The notes under the pieces were generated by a model. The model saw only the letters and a program-made list of their open reading frames with translations, was not told where the DNA came from and made no database searches. DNA of 64,000 bases from Snowella sp. (lineage in GTDB: Bacteria; Cyanobacteriota; Cyanobacteriia; Cyanobacteriales; Microcystaceae). Location of the stretch: NCBI GenBank assembly GCA_035285545.1, contig JAYKGY010000043.1, forward strand, positions 21,830-85,829. The letters run 5' to 3'. Position 1 is the stretch's first letter; every line of letters starts with the position of its first letter. The position numbers were made by a program, and so were the translations under genes. Shown here piece after piece: positions 30,006 to 40,827 of this stretch.

Positions 30006-30209
30006 TCCTCTTGGTATATTTTAGTATATTTACTCATTCCATTTTCATTGTAGAAGATATGGACGTGAATGAAGGGAAGGCCTCTCCAAATTTTGGGCAA
30101 ATTTATACAAAGAATTTTTGCGTTTTTCTATCACTTTCAAGCCGAAATTTTGAATAAATGTAAACGAATAGTGATATTTCTTAAACAGAAGGATTAAGAC
30201 CCTATTGGC

Positions 30210-30887
30210 TTAAAATGCGACTTCCTGGAGACGGTGCTGTAACATTTGCGGGAATTGGCTGTAATACTTTTGATTGAGAGGGGAAGGATGGGGTAAGGGC
30301 ATTAAACTAATTTGACGTTCCTGAACCTGCCCATTTTCATCGGTGGCTTTGAGCGTAATGTTTAAATAGGACGAATACCGATCCTCGCGGAGGAAATATT
30401 CATTGACTTCTCCTTTCTTGCCGTAGGGGGTAAACCATTTAAAGGCTTCCGTTCCTAGCGTAATAATTTGTTTGCCTTCCCAATGGAGGACTAATAATCG
30501 CTCAATAAACGGACGAAATCGCTCTTTAACTGCCGGTAAGTAGGCCTTATTCCCTGGTGGTTTATAGGGAACGGTATTGGTCAATAAGACGCGATCGCAG
30601 ACGGTCATTAACTCTTTGCGGCTTTTGGCTTTATGACCCTGCCAGGCTAAATAAAATCCTTCTCTTACCAGCGTTCCTGCTGCCCCAATTAACGGTTGAC
30701 TCGCGGCAACTTCATCTTTCCCCAAGTCTCGACCAAAGAAACAAAGTTGACTCTTTAAATTTCCGGCATAAAGTACAGGCTCTAAGGGATCTTTATGAGC
30801 ATATTGATAAACGGGAACATCAATGGGAAACTCTGCCCGTTCTGCTTCTTGGCGGACTTGACGAATGAGTGTGGCAATATCGGACAT
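30210..30887 (-). CDS. Uracil-DNA glycosylase family protein
   Basis: FFGRDLGKDE...PLIGAAG, TNTVPYKPPGN, LPHPSP. Confidence 0.8.
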   Translation of the reverse strand: MSDIATLIRQVRQEAERAEFPIDVPVYQYAHKDPLEPVLYAGNLKSQLCFFGRDLGKDEVAASQPLIGAAGTLVREGFYLAWQGHKAKSRKELMTVCDRVLLTNTVPYKPPGNKAYLPAVKERFRPFIERLLVLHWEGKQIITLGTEAFKWFTPYGKKGEVNEYFLREDRYSSYLNITLKATDENGQVQERQISLMPLPHPSPLNQKYYSQFPQMLQHRLQEVAF

Positions 30888-30999
30888 AGATTCAGGAAAA
30901 CAAATGAGCGATTAGTAGCATAACATTATCACCCATTTCCAGTTATCCCTTGAGAGAGGTTACTCAACTTCATTCGTTAGAGCAATCTCGGCTCGATTT

Positions 31000-32481
31000 T
31001 TAATGCATTAACGCTTCACCCCGACGGTACAGTTCACGGGCATAATCCGTCCAAGTGCCTTGCCCCCAATAGCGAAAACAACTGGTTTGTACCAATAGGT
31101 TATACAGTAAGGCTTCTTGATAATCAGGGCGTTGGGTGACGCTCGGATCTTGCTCAACTAAAGCATCATATTTTTGATGGAATAAAGCACTAAGTTGATT
31201 CATCGGTTCTAGAACATTTTCATAGCCCTGTACCCAACTGAGGTTATTTGTCCAGGAGGCTCCGTCCATGTGGAATTGGTGATCGCTTTGTTTTAATTCG
31301 GCGATCGCGTTTTCGACTAGCTCAGGTGTAGCGTGATTAGGATTAACCCGTTGCCAAATTTTGTGTTGATGAACCGCTTGAATTTCAGGATAATCATCGG
31401 GATTAACTCCAGCCGCCTCGATCAACTCTAAATATTCCGTCCCGTTCATGGGTACTGTTCCCACTTTTCCGCCCCCTTCTGCGCGAATTTCATAATTGGC
31501 TTTAAAGTAATCACGGGGAAATTCATTCATCATCACGCCGCCATTTTCCCCATCCGCAATTTGGGTTCCCAAAGAAGGAATCGTTATATTACTAATCTGC
31601 TGTTTTCTTAACCCTTTGGCTTCATAGTAAGGCTGCATTTGCGCCACTAATTTCGTATCCGATCCTTGGGTTTTAATCAAAGCTGTAATACTGATAATTT
31701 CGCCTGAAGAACTGCGAGCCGCTAAGCGATTGGGGATATATTTTTGCTCTTGGGGAAGACTGGAGCCATCTAACCGTTCCACAGAATGTTCCTGTACCAT
31801 CAACCAACGATAACCGCACTCTTTTAAGGCTTTTATGTATTGATATAAGGTATCGGGATGATTGGGTAGGTGCATTTCGGGGGGTGAAAATCCTTTGACC
31901 CGTTGCAGAGCCTCTTCCCCAAAAATAGACGCAAAATGGTGCTGCCAGGCTTGAATCTGTAATTTAACGTCAGGAATCGGAGTTGAAGGCACGACGGCAT
32001 GACTCCACATGGTTCCTAGCCATTCCACATAGGGCTGATATTGGGAATTGCAAGTAATGGTTCGTAAATTATCCAAAATATCTTGGCGACCCATTTGTTG
32101 AAAACCCCAGAGCAAATTGCCGGAATAATCCAACATGATGCGCGGGTTGCAACCTTCATTCACCAATTGCGGGATAAATTCCCCCATCCGACGATAACAC
32201 CAGACAAAGGGATCGGCGTTGTGGTTGTCTCCTTCCCCTGGATGTTCGTACATATATTGCAAATGACTGATTAAGGCTCCTTGTCGTCCGGCGGGAATGG
32301 TGGGTTGGTGCATGTGGAGGGCACAGGCAAATCCCGCTTGAATATTATCTAATTTAAGATTCGTTGTGGGTAAAAAAATCGGTTCATTGCGACTTGTAAC
32401 GGCTTGAATATGGGCTTCGTTTCCCGCGATCGCAGGAAGATAGAACTGTTGAAACGTGGGTGAGGAAATACTGGCAACCAT
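31000..32481 (-). CDS. Glycoside hydrolase family 57 protein
   Basis: LHMHQP, DYSG, GFSPPEM, IADGENGG motifs. Confidence 0.8.
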   Translation of the reverse strand: MVASISSPTFQQFYLPAIAGNEAHIQAVTSRNEPIFLPTTNLKLDNIQAGFACALHMHQPTIPAGRQGALISHLQYMYEHPGEGDNHNADPFVWCYRRMGEFIPQLVNEGCNPRIMLDYSGNLLWGFQQMGRQDILDNLRTITCNSQYQPYVEWLGTMWSHAVVPSTPIPDVKLQIQAWQHHFASIFGEEALQRVKGFSPPEMHLPNHPDTLYQYIKALKECGYRWLMVQEHSVERLDGSSLPQEQKYIPNRLAARSSSGEIISITALIKTQGSDTKLVAQMQPYYEAKGLRKQQISNITIPSLGTQIADGENGGVMMNEFPRDYFKANYEIRAEGGGKVGTVPMNGTEYLELIEAAGVNPDDYPEIQAVHQHKIWQRVNPNHATPELVENAIAELKQSDHQFHMDGASWTNNLSWVQGYENVLEPMNQLSALFHQKYDALVEQDPSVTQRPDYQEALLYNLLVQTSCFRYWGQGTWTDYARELYRRGEALMH

Positions 32482-32663
32482 AGAAAGTCCTTAGAGGATT
32501 TGTTAATAAGAATAACTTTTTTTTGCATAAGAGAATAATTTTTGGCAATAAAAGACGGAAAATGATCCCAAAAACAGGTGAGAATAAGGTATATTTCACG
32601 CTATATTCAAAAAGAATCGTTACAAATTATCAACACTGATTAGGCGATCGCCGACTAAGACCT

Positions 32664-33173
32664 ATGGCAGAAGAGACAAAACCCACCCCTGAAGCCTCTA
32701 CGGAGGAAACACCGGCAGTTGATCCCAAGCCAGCCAAAGCGGCTAAAGCTGCACCGACCGCCGATAAAGCACCAGCGGCGAAAAAAGCCAAAGAACCCGC
32801 CTTAGAAGATAAACCCTTCGCCGAGTTTATGGAAAAAGATTTTGTGCCGACGCTGCAAAAAGCTCTCGACCAAGAAGGCTTAAAAGAAATCAGCGTTAGC
32901 TTTAAAAAGCAACCCTTACCGACCTATGGAGCCGATCCCAACGAACAGTGTTGGCAGGTTGAGGGAATTTGGCAAAAAGGACAACGCCAATTTAATCTCT
33001 ATTTTTGGGATGAAAATATTAATGGTCAAAAAGGATTTTCCTTTGCCAGTGGCGGTAGTAAGCCCAGTACCATTGAATCTTTCATGATTGATGAACGGAA
33101 AGTAACGTTGGATCTGATGGTACGTTATCTGATACAACGGCTTAACGGACAAAAATGGCTAATTTTAAATTAA
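32664..33173 (+). CDS. DUF2996 family protein
   Basis: Ala/Lys/Pro-rich N-terminus; EDKPF.EF...ESFMIDERKVTLDL...QRLNGQKWL. Confidence 0.75.
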   Translation: MAEETKPTPEASTEETPAVDPKPAKAAKAAPTADKAPAAKKAKEPALEDKPFAEFMEKDFVPTLQKALDQEGLKEISVSFKKQPLPTYGADPNEQCWQVEGIWQKGQRQFNLYFWDENINGQKGFSFASGGSKPSTIESFMIDERKVTLDLMVRYLIQRLNGQKWLILN

Positions 33174-33188
33174 GCTTATTGATTCTAA

Positions 33189-33298
33189 GAGTATGTTTGA
33201 AAAGCTCCCCTAGCCCCCTAACATTGGGGGAAAATGCTTGAAAAGTCCCCCCGTATTGGGGGATTTAGGGGGCAAAATAAGACCATGCAAACATGTTC
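33189..33298. mobile_element. 110-bp MITE-like element with IS5-type ends and a TAA target duplication
   Basis: TAA-GAGTATGTTTGAAAAG ... CAAACATGTTC-TAA; internal CTCCCCTAGCCCCC...GGGGGATTTAGGGGGC core. Confidence 0.7.
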
Positions 33299-33408
33299 TA
33301 AGCAGTCTTATCTTGCATTCTTGATTGAATTAAGGGGAATACAGTGTTAAGGCTGTCTCTGTTTGTAATATTATTTTTATTTTAAAAGGCCCTGTCAATA
33401 CAAAAGTT

Positions 33409-33798
33409 ATGCGTGTTTATGTATTGCTATTCAATGCCCGCACCGACAACGAAGGGATTCATACCATTCAAATGGGGGGGCGCAATAAAATTTTAATGTT
33501 TGAGTCCGAAGACGACGCAACCCGTTTCGCGCTGTTATTAGAGGCTCAGGATTTCCCCGTTCCGACGGTCGAAGCCATGGATTCTGACGAGATTGAAGCC
33601 TTTTGCCAGGAAGCTGATTATGACTACGAAATGGTCAGCGAAGGGATGTTAGCCATTCCCCCTGAAAATAATGTCAATAATCCTGATTGGGATAAGGATG
33701 GAGTTATTCAGGCTCAAGCAGAAGAAAACGAGTCAAGTATCGGTCTTTCCGACAGTGAGTTAGATACGATTCGTCGTCGTCTAGAGGGGCTACTTTAG
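33409..33798 (+). CDS. DUF3110 family protein
   Basis: VYVLLFNARTDNEGIHT...FESEDDATRFALLLEAQDF...RRRLEGLL. Confidence 0.8.
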   Translation: MRVYVLLFNARTDNEGIHTIQMGGRNKILMFESEDDATRFALLLEAQDFPVPTVEAMDSDEIEAFCQEADYDYEMVSEGMLAIPPENNVNNPDWDKDGVIQAQAEENESSIGLSDSELDTIRRRLEGLL

Positions 33799-33989
33799 GC
33801 TTAAATAGAAAAGTAACCTAAAAAAGTTCAGGAAAATTACTGAAACTGGAATTTACAAAGTAGCATTCTCGGTGATTGCTTAGGTTGAGTCCTATCTTAG
33901 CTTATTCGATCTACAGGAGTTTTTGCTATTAATTTTTTATTTTTTAGGGTTATTTGCTAATTTAAATTATAATTTGACAATTTTTAAGA

Positions 33990-34913
33990 ATGAATTCTTT
34001 AGAAAAACGGGGTCATTTGTTAACGGAACAGGTGAATCCCAATAGCCAAAATCTGGATCAACTGACTTCTCTGCAATTAGTCGAACTGTTTAATCAGGAA
34101 GATGCCCAAACTCTCGCAGCGATCGCGCAAGCCAAACAAGAATTAGCCCAAGCGATTGATTTAACGGTAGAATCTCTGCGTCAGGGGGGTCGATTATTTT
34201 ATGTAGGTGCAGGAACCAGTGGCCGTTTAGGGGTTTTAGATGCGGCGGAATGTCCTCCAACTTTTTGTACACCGCCGGAGATGGTACAGGGCATTATTGC
34301 GGGTGGTGCAGGGGCATTAGTTCGCAGTTCGGAAGATTTAGAGGATCGGGCTGAAGATGGGGCAGACGCGATCGCGCAACGGCAGATTGGGCAACGGGAT
34401 GTGGTCGTCGGAATTGCCGCAGGGGGAACCACGCCCTTTGTACATGGAGCCTTAAAAGCCGCTAAACAACGGGGAGCGAGTGCCATTTTTATTGCCTGTG
34501 TTCCCAAAGAGCAAGTCACGATTGAAGCCGCCGATATCGATATTCGTCTATTAACGGGCCCTGAAATTGTGGCAGGTTCAACCCGATTAAAAGCGGGAAC
34601 CGTTACTAAAATGGCCCTCAATATTCTCTCTACAGGGGTCATGGTCGGTTTAGGGAAAGTTTATGGCAATCGCATGGTGGATGTGGCTGTCACGAATAAA
34701 AAATTGCACGATCGCGCCCTACGGATGTTAGAAGATCTCACCGATTTAGACCGAGAGGCCTGTGGATTTTTGTTAGAACGGAGTGGTCGGCGGGTTAAAC
34801 TAGCGTTATTAATGCATTGGACGGGACTCGATGCCGAAGTCGGTCAATCCTTACTCGATTCTTGCCAAGGAAACCTCCGTGCAGCGATAGAACACCATCA
34901 AGCATCCGTTTAG
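33990..34913 (+). CDS. murQ: N-acetylmuramic acid 6-phosphate etherase
   Basis: LTEQVNP, GAGTSGRLGVLDAAECPPTF, GPEIVAGSTRLKAGT. Confidence 0.97.
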   Translation: MNSLEKRGHLLTEQVNPNSQNLDQLTSLQLVELFNQEDAQTLAAIAQAKQELAQAIDLTVESLRQGGRLFYVGAGTSGRLGVLDAAECPPTFCTPPEMVQGIIAGGAGALVRSSEDLEDRAEDGADAIAQRQIGQRDVVVGIAAGGTTPFVHGALKAAKQRGASAIFIACVPKEQVTIEAADIDIRLLTGPEIVAGSTRLKAGTVTKMALNILSTGVMVGLGKVYGNRMVDVAVTNKKLHDRALRMLEDLTDLDREACGFLLERSGRRVKLALLMHWTGLDAEVGQSLLDSCQGNLRAAIEHHQASV

Positions 34914-34919
34914 TGACTT

Positions 34920-36452
34920 ATGAATGCGTCTGAAACCACAGCGATCGCGACAGGAACCCCGTTAGTCATCATTTTGATCCTCATTGTGGCCGCCGCAATT
35001 CTGATCTGGGGCTTCAATCGGGCTAAACCCTTTGGCAAATTGGGAATCTTAGCCTGGTTACAATCCTTGGTGCTAATGGCTCCCTGGCTGATTTTCTTTA
35101 CCCTGTTTGCAGCAGGGATTTACGTCAATATTGTCGGTGTTCTCTTGCTGTTGGTGGTTTCTGTTGCGGTTTATATTTACTTAGGTCGGCAACTGCGATC
35201 GGCTGGTCAAGATGCCATGCTAAAAGAGCGAGCAGCCCAACGTCTCAAAGCTTTTAACGAATCAGAAAGTACTTCTCAAACCGAATCTCCTGCCGCTACG
35301 ACCGAGAGTAATCCCGTTGTTCCTGAAATTCTTCCCATCCCAGAAGCAGAATTAGCTATCCTCAAAGGTATTTTTAGTATTGATACGTTTTTTGCAACGG
35401 AAACCATTCCCTATCAAGAGGGAGCTATTTTTAAAGGCAATTTACGGAGTGATCCGGATACTGCCTATGCCAAGATGTCGGAAAAATTAAAAACGGCTTT
35501 CGGGGAGAAATATCGGCTCTTTTTAGTCGAAGGCACAGAAGAACGTCCGATTGTCATCATTTTGCCCAGCACCAATGACCCCCAACCGATGAGCCTGGCG
35601 CAAAAAAATTTGGCTTTGGTTCTTTTGGTTGCGACGATTGCCACCAGTTTAGAAGCGATCGGCTTATTGCTCGGTTTTGATCTCTCTGTTCAATGGCAAC
35701 GCTACACCGAAGCTCTCCCCTTAACCTTGGGGCTGTGGGGCATTTTAGCCGCCCATGAAATCGGCCATCAAATTATTGCCAAACGCCATCAAGTCCGCTT
35801 CAGTTTACCCTTCTTTCTTCCCAATTGGCAGATCGGTTCCTTTGGGGCGATTAGCCGTTTTGAATCCCTATTACCCAATCGTTCCGCCCTGTTTGATATC
35901 GCTTTTGCGGGGCCTGCGGTGGGCGGTGTGGTTTCTCTGATGATTCTGTTTATTGGCTTAGTCCTTTCCCATCCAGGCAGTTTCTTTCAACTTCCAACCC
36001 AATTTTTCCAAGGTTCCATTCTTATCGGTTCCTTAGCACGGGTGGTTTTAGGCGACGAATTGCAGCAGTCCATTGTGGATATTCATCCCCTTGTCGTTTT
36101 GGGTTGGTTGGGTTTAGTCATTAATGCGTTGAATCTATTACCTGCGGGTCAACTGGATGGGGGACGGATTGTACAAGCCATTTATGGTCGCAAAATTGCT
36201 CGACGCACCACGATCGCGACTTTGATTGTTTTAGGTATTGTTGCCTTAATTAATCCGAGTAACCCGATTCCCCTCTATTGGGGCGTAGTTATTCTGTTTT
36301 TACAACGGGATTTAGAACGTCCTAGTTTAAACGAGTTAAGTGAACCCGATGATACTCGCGCCGCGTGGGGTTTATTAGCGTTGTTTTTGATGTTGGCGAC
36401 CTTGATTCCGTTAACGCCAAGTTTAGCTGGTCGTTTAGGGATTGGTGGTTAA
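34920..36452 (+). CDS. Site-2 protease (peptidase M50, EGY-like)
   Basis: HEIGH zinc motif; AFAGP; NLLPAGQLDGG. Confidence 0.93.
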   Translation: MNASETTAIATGTPLVIILILIVAAAILIWGFNRAKPFGKLGILAWLQSLVLMAPWLIFFTLFAAGIYVNIVGVLLLLVVSVAVYIYLGRQLRSAGQDAMLKERAAQRLKAFNESESTSQTESPAATTESNPVVPEILPIPEAELAILKGIFSIDTFFATETIPYQEGAIFKGNLRSDPDTAYAKMSEKLKTAFGEKYRLFLVEGTEERPIVIILPSTNDPQPMSLAQKNLALVLLVATIATSLEAIGLLLGFDLSVQWQRYTEALPLTLGLWGILAAHEIGHQIIAKRHQVRFSLPFFLPNWQIGSFGAISRFESLLPNRSALFDIAFAGPAVGGVVSLMILFIGLVLSHPGSFFQLPTQFFQGSILIGSLARVVLGDELQQSIVDIHPLVVLGWLGLVINALNLLPAGQLDGGRIVQAIYGRKIARRTTIATLIVLGIVALINPSNPIPLYWGVVILFLQRDLERPSLNELSEPDDTRAAWGLLALFLMLATLIPLTPSLAGRLGIGG

Positions 36453-36514
36453 TTTACAGTTTTTGAAAAAATTTTAGCTAGAGTAAGTTTAACCATGATA
36501 CTGGTCTAGAATTT

Positions 36515-37834
36515 ATGCACATTCAACGAATCACTGTTCAAAATTTTCGTTGTTTCGAGCATCTAGAGTTCGAGTTAAATCCAGATATCAATATTTTTGT
36601 TGGGAATAATGGTTCAGGGAAAAGTGCCGTTTTAGACGCGATCGCTGCTGCAATGTATCCTTATGTTGCCCAAGTTCAGGAAATTTCAGGAAAAAAAATA
36701 GAACTTCTTCCAGTTTTTAAAAAAGATTTACCAGTTCAAAAAAAAGGTAATCAGCAAAAAATCCAACCAGAGCTTACTGTCATCGCCAAAGATCTTCCCA
36801 AGTGGAAAATACTCTGTAAGTATCTTCAAGAAAATTCATCTTCAAAAATGTTTATGGGTGAGGTAGCACAATACAAACAAAACGGAACAAAAAAGCTATT
36901 TTCAGCATTAGAGGATAAGTTTTCTAAAAATTATAATTCTTCTTGTGAACTTTCGATTATTGCTTATTACAGAAGTGAACGTAACCTAACAAAAATTGAT
37001 GAAGTTGCAACTATTTTTAATCACTCTTTTGATAGGTTTGATGCGCTCAATAATTCTTTTGATGGAACATCAAATTTTACAGATTTAGTAAATTGGTTCT
37101 TTGCTCGTGAATTTCAAGAGTTAAGAGAAGTCAGAAATCGGGGTGATATGAATTATGAATTGCCCGATCTTCAGCAAGTTAGAAATGCAATTAAAACGAT
37201 TATTCATCCCAATGCTCGCGTTTACTCTAATCAAACAACTTCTATTCAATTAATGGTTGAGTGGACAACAGAAACGGGAGAAAAGCTGGAACTTTCCATT
37301 AATCAACTTAGTGCAGGTTATCGGAATATGTTGGCGTTGGTGATGGACTTTGCACGACGGTTAGCCCAAGCCAATCCCCATCTCGAAACTCCCCTAGAAG
37401 CCGAAGCCATTTTAATGATTGATGAAATTGATCTTCATTTACATCCCACTTGGCAACAAAAAATTATTCCCGATTTACGCAAAGTTTTTCCCAATACTCA
37501 AATTATTGCCACAACCCATAGCCCTGAAGTCGTTACAACGGTTGATCGCCACCAAGTTTGGATTTTAGAAGATTATCAAATCAAAGCTTGTCCAACACCT
37601 ACGAAAGGAATGAAAAGCTCAGATATAGTACGATATGTTTTAGGGCTTGGTGATTTACGGCCTGATACGGAAGAATCAAGAAAATTAAAAGCTCTATTTG
37701 CAGCAATTGATGCTGGTAACTTGGAAGAAGCCAAACGATTACAAAAAGAATTAGAAGTATGGGAATTTTTTGATGCGGATATGACGAGAGCCAATATGCA
37801 AATTCGTCGCTTAGAAAGGAGTAGTCCAGTATGA
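36515..37834 (+). CDS. AAA/ABC-type ATPase, PtuA-like (Septu / retron-effector type)
   Basis: NFRCF, Walker A GNNGSGKS, signature QLSAGYR, Walker B IDEIDLHLHPTWQ, TTHSP. Confidence 0.85.
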   Translation: MHIQRITVQNFRCFEHLEFELNPDINIFVGNNGSGKSAVLDAIAAAMYPYVAQVQEISGKKIELLPVFKKDLPVQKKGNQQKIQPELTVIAKDLPKWKILCKYLQENSSSKMFMGEVAQYKQNGTKKLFSALEDKFSKNYNSSCELSIIAYYRSERNLTKIDEVATIFNHSFDRFDALNNSFDGTSNFTDLVNWFFAREFQELREVRNRGDMNYELPDLQQVRNAIKTIIHPNARVYSNQTTSIQLMVEWTTETGEKLELSINQLSAGYRNMLALVMDFARRLAQANPHLETPLEAEAILMIDEIDLHLHPTWQQKIIPDLRKVFPNTQIIATTHSPEVVTTVDRHQVWILEDYQIKACPTPTKGMKSSDIVRYVLGLGDLRPDTEESRKLKALFAAIDAGNLEEAKRLQKELEVWEFFDADMTRANMQIRRLERSSPV

Positions 37835-38595
37835 AAAAAGTACTGAAATCTCCTAAACAACCTGATGAGCTTGATTTATATAAAAAACGTTTTTCTCATC
37901 AATCTAAAAAGTGGAAGGATGTTAAAAAAAGTCGTGAAACCTACGATGCTATTTGGAATACTTTATTGAGTGATCAAAAAGGACTTTGTGCTTATTGCGA
38001 AATGGCTTTAAGTTCAACTAATCGATCCGTCGAACATTTTATTCCTCGTAGCTATAAAAATTTAACACAAGAGAAAAATTACGAGCTGGATTGGAATAAT
38101 CTGTTAGCCGTATGTCTTACCCCAGGCGGACTGATGGAAGTCGATTCAGCGCAGGCTAAGCTTTTTAAAAATAGTCCTTGTTGTGGTAAGAAAAAAGATG
38201 ATTTTGTACCAGATGAACGTTTCTTAAATCCCCTTCACTTACCTACAGCCCGTTTGTTTCGTTTTTCTAGTGAAGATGGTGAAATTTTTCCCGATGAAAC
38301 CGCGTGTAATCAGGTAGGTATTCCCATTGAAAATGTTGATTATACAATTAATGAAATTTTGGCGTTAAATGTCCCACGACTAAAGGATCAACGTTTGGCG
38401 GTGATTACTCAACTTGATGAAGATATTAATGAATTCGATGATGGAAGCGTTGATTTAGTTAATATTTATCGCAAGATTGCAGAAATTTATTTTGGAGATG
38501 GCACACAAAACTGGCCGAGATTCTTCACAACGATGCGTTGGATGTTGAAAGAAGGAGCAGAGCAATATTTACAAAGTATTGATTATAGGGGTTAG
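37831..38595 (+). CDS. HNH endonuclease, PtuB-like (TIGR02646-type)
   Basis: DQKGLCAYCE...VEHFIP...WNNLLAVC...CGKKK; 4-bp overlap with the ATPase stop. Confidence 0.82.
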   Translation: MKKVLKSPKQPDELDLYKKRFSHQSKKWKDVKKSRETYDAIWNTLLSDQKGLCAYCEMALSSTNRSVEHFIPRSYKNLTQEKNYELDWNNLLAVCLTPGGLMEVDSAQAKLFKNSPCCGKKKDDFVPDERFLNPLHLPTARLFRFSSEDGEIFPDETACNQVGIPIENVDYTINEILALNVPRLKDQRLAVITQLDEDINEFDDGSVDLVNIYRKIAEIYFGDGTQNWPRFFTTMRWMLKEGAEQYLQSIDYRG

Positions 38596-38783
38596 ATCGC
38601 ACACAAATATGGTTTTGAAACAAGAAGTGGTGGCAAGAGGTTATTTTATCAAAATTCACTGGCTATCAGCCCCATCTATGTCGTATGATTGTCTCAACAT
38701 GAGAACCTATGGTAAAAATTTAACAGCTTTCAACCATACTCTTTTTTTGAACTACTGGTTAAACCCGATCTAGGATTTTGTGA

Positions 38784-39137
<354 letters not shown>

Positions 39138-39170
39138 TTAATAGTTAATAATTGCTTTCTATCTAAAAAT

Positions 39171-39650
39171 ATGCCCTATAAACTGCTATTTGTTTGTCTT
39201 GGTAATATTTGTCGATCGCCGTCTGCGGAAAATATTATGAATCACTTAATTCAAAAAGCAGGGTTAAGTGAACAAATTACTTGTGACTCAGCCGGAACAT
39301 CGAGTTATCATATTGGCTCATCCCCTGATCGGAGAATGGCGGCAGCATTAACTAAACGGAATTTTACGGCAACAGGTAAAGCTAGACAGTTTGAAGTCTC
39401 GGATTTTGAAGAATTTGATTTGATCCTGGCAATGGACAAAGATAATTACCAAGATATTCTATCCTTAGACCGCCAAGGTATTTACCGAGATAAGGTGAAG
39501 TTAATGTGTGAATTTGCTGCTTATCATAACGATCAAGAAGTTCCCGATCCCTATTATGGCGGGCCTGAAGGGTTTAATTATGTGATTGATTTATTAGTTG
39601 ATAGCTGTGAAGGCTTATTAACTTATGTTAAAAATCAGATCAAATCCTAA
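39171..39650 (+). CDS. Low-molecular-weight protein-tyrosine phosphatase
   Basis: FVCLGNICRSP; DPYYGG. Confidence 0.95.
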   Translation: MPYKLLFVCLGNICRSPSAENIMNHLIQKAGLSEQITCDSAGTSSYHIGSSPDRRMAAALTKRNFTATGKARQFEVSDFEEFDLILAMDKDNYQDILSLDRQGIYRDKVKLMCEFAAYHNDQEVPDPYYGGPEGFNYVIDLLVDSCEGLLTYVKNQIKS

Positions 39651-39875
39651 CTAATGGTCGTGACGAGGAGGAACGGGATCATAACCGCCCGGATGGAACG
39701 GATGACAGCGCAAAATACGTTTAATACTCATCCATCCCCCTCGCCAAACGCCAAACCGTTCAACCGCCGCGATCGCGTAATGGGAACAGGTGGGCTGAAA
39801 ACGACAAGAGGGAGGGAATAGGGGAGAAATGAAAACTTGATACAATCGGATTAATTTAAGCAATAAAAATTTCAT
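39651..39875 (-). CDS. yidD: Membrane protein insertion efficiency factor
   Basis: [18 protein letters not shown]...[17 protein letters not shown]. Confidence 0.95.
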   Translation of the reverse strand: MKFLLLKLIRLYQVFISPLFPPSCRFQPTCSHYAIAAVERFGVWRGGWMSIKRILRCHPFHPGGYDPVPPRHDH

Positions 39876-39893
39876 CGTATTTAATGATTACAA

Positions 39894-40787
39894 TTACTTA
39901 TCTTCTGAAAGAATCAACGGTAATCTATCCTGACCACCACCAATAATAATCACCTTACTATTGGGAGACTCTGAGAGTTTTTGGGTTGCTTCAATCGCTT
40001 TGAGTTTGATAATTTTATCGGTTAAACTTTCCGATAGAATTTTTTGAGAATTGGCAATTCCTTGCGCTTCAACTTTTTTCCGTTCTGCTTCTTGACGGGC
40101 TTTCCCAATTTCTAAGGCTAATTTTTCGGTCTCTTGTTGAGTCGCCACCTTTTGTTGAATCACGGCTTGAATACTGTCGGGCAAAATAATATTCCGTAAC
40201 AAGGTTTCCTCCACAATAAAGCCGAGGGGTTGCAGTTGTTCGGTCATGGCTCGATGGAGACTGTCTGCAATAATTGGCCGTTTTTCACCATAAATTGCAT
40301 TTAAATCGTAACTTGCGGTAATTTCTCGAATTAAAGATCGAAAGCGAGATTGAATGATCTCTTTTTCATTATTACCTAACTTTTGATACACTTCAGCAGC
40401 TTTAGTGGGATCAAGGCGATACTGCAAGCTAACATCTAATTTAAAATTCAACCCTTCTTTGGAAGTTGAATCCACCGTTTCTTTGAGATCCTGTAAGCGA
40501 GTAGAAAAGGTCATCACTTCACCTAACGGATTAACCCAATACATACCAGGGGGGAGTGTATTCGTCGAAACCTGCCCGAATCGTTCAACAATGCCCACTT
40601 CTCCGGTGGGAATCACCACTAAAAATCGAGAGACAGATTTATAAATCAACGTGACAAAAGCCAGTAGGCTGATGAAGAAAGAGAGGATTTGCAGCAGTTT
40701 TTGTTGCTTTTCTCCTGCAATTTTGGACGCATTGAGAAAAACAAAAAAAGCGATTAGGGCAGTCAGGGCTGAAATAATCAATGACAT
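39894..40787 (-). CDS. SPFH/prohibitin family membrane protein
   Basis: Two N-terminal TM; GEVGIVERFG, SKEGL...DVSLQYRL, LLRNIILP, EAERKKVEAQG. Confidence 0.9.
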   Translation of the reverse strand: MSLIISALTALIAFFVFLNASKIAGEKQQKLLQILSFFISLLAFVTLIYKSVSRFLVVIPTGEVGIVERFGQVSTNTLPPGMYWVNPLGEVMTFSTRLQDLKETVDSTSKEGLNFKLDVSLQYRLDPTKAAEVYQKLGNNEKEIIQSRFRSLIREITASYDLNAIYGEKRPIIADSLHRAMTEQLQPLGFIVEETLLRNIILPDSIQAVIQQKVATQQETEKLALEIGKARQEAERKKVEAQGIANSQKILSESLTDKIIKLKAIEATQKLSESPNSKVIIIGGGQDRLPLILSEDK

Positions 40788-40827
40788 CGGGGGCTACGCT
40801 CCTCTGTTGGTAAGTTTTCTGTTGTCA

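Noticed and set aside
33335..33342. GGGAATAC, resembling a SigJ/SigF-type promoter box upstream of the DUF3110 gene
   Set aside because: A single short match with no TSS data; could be chance
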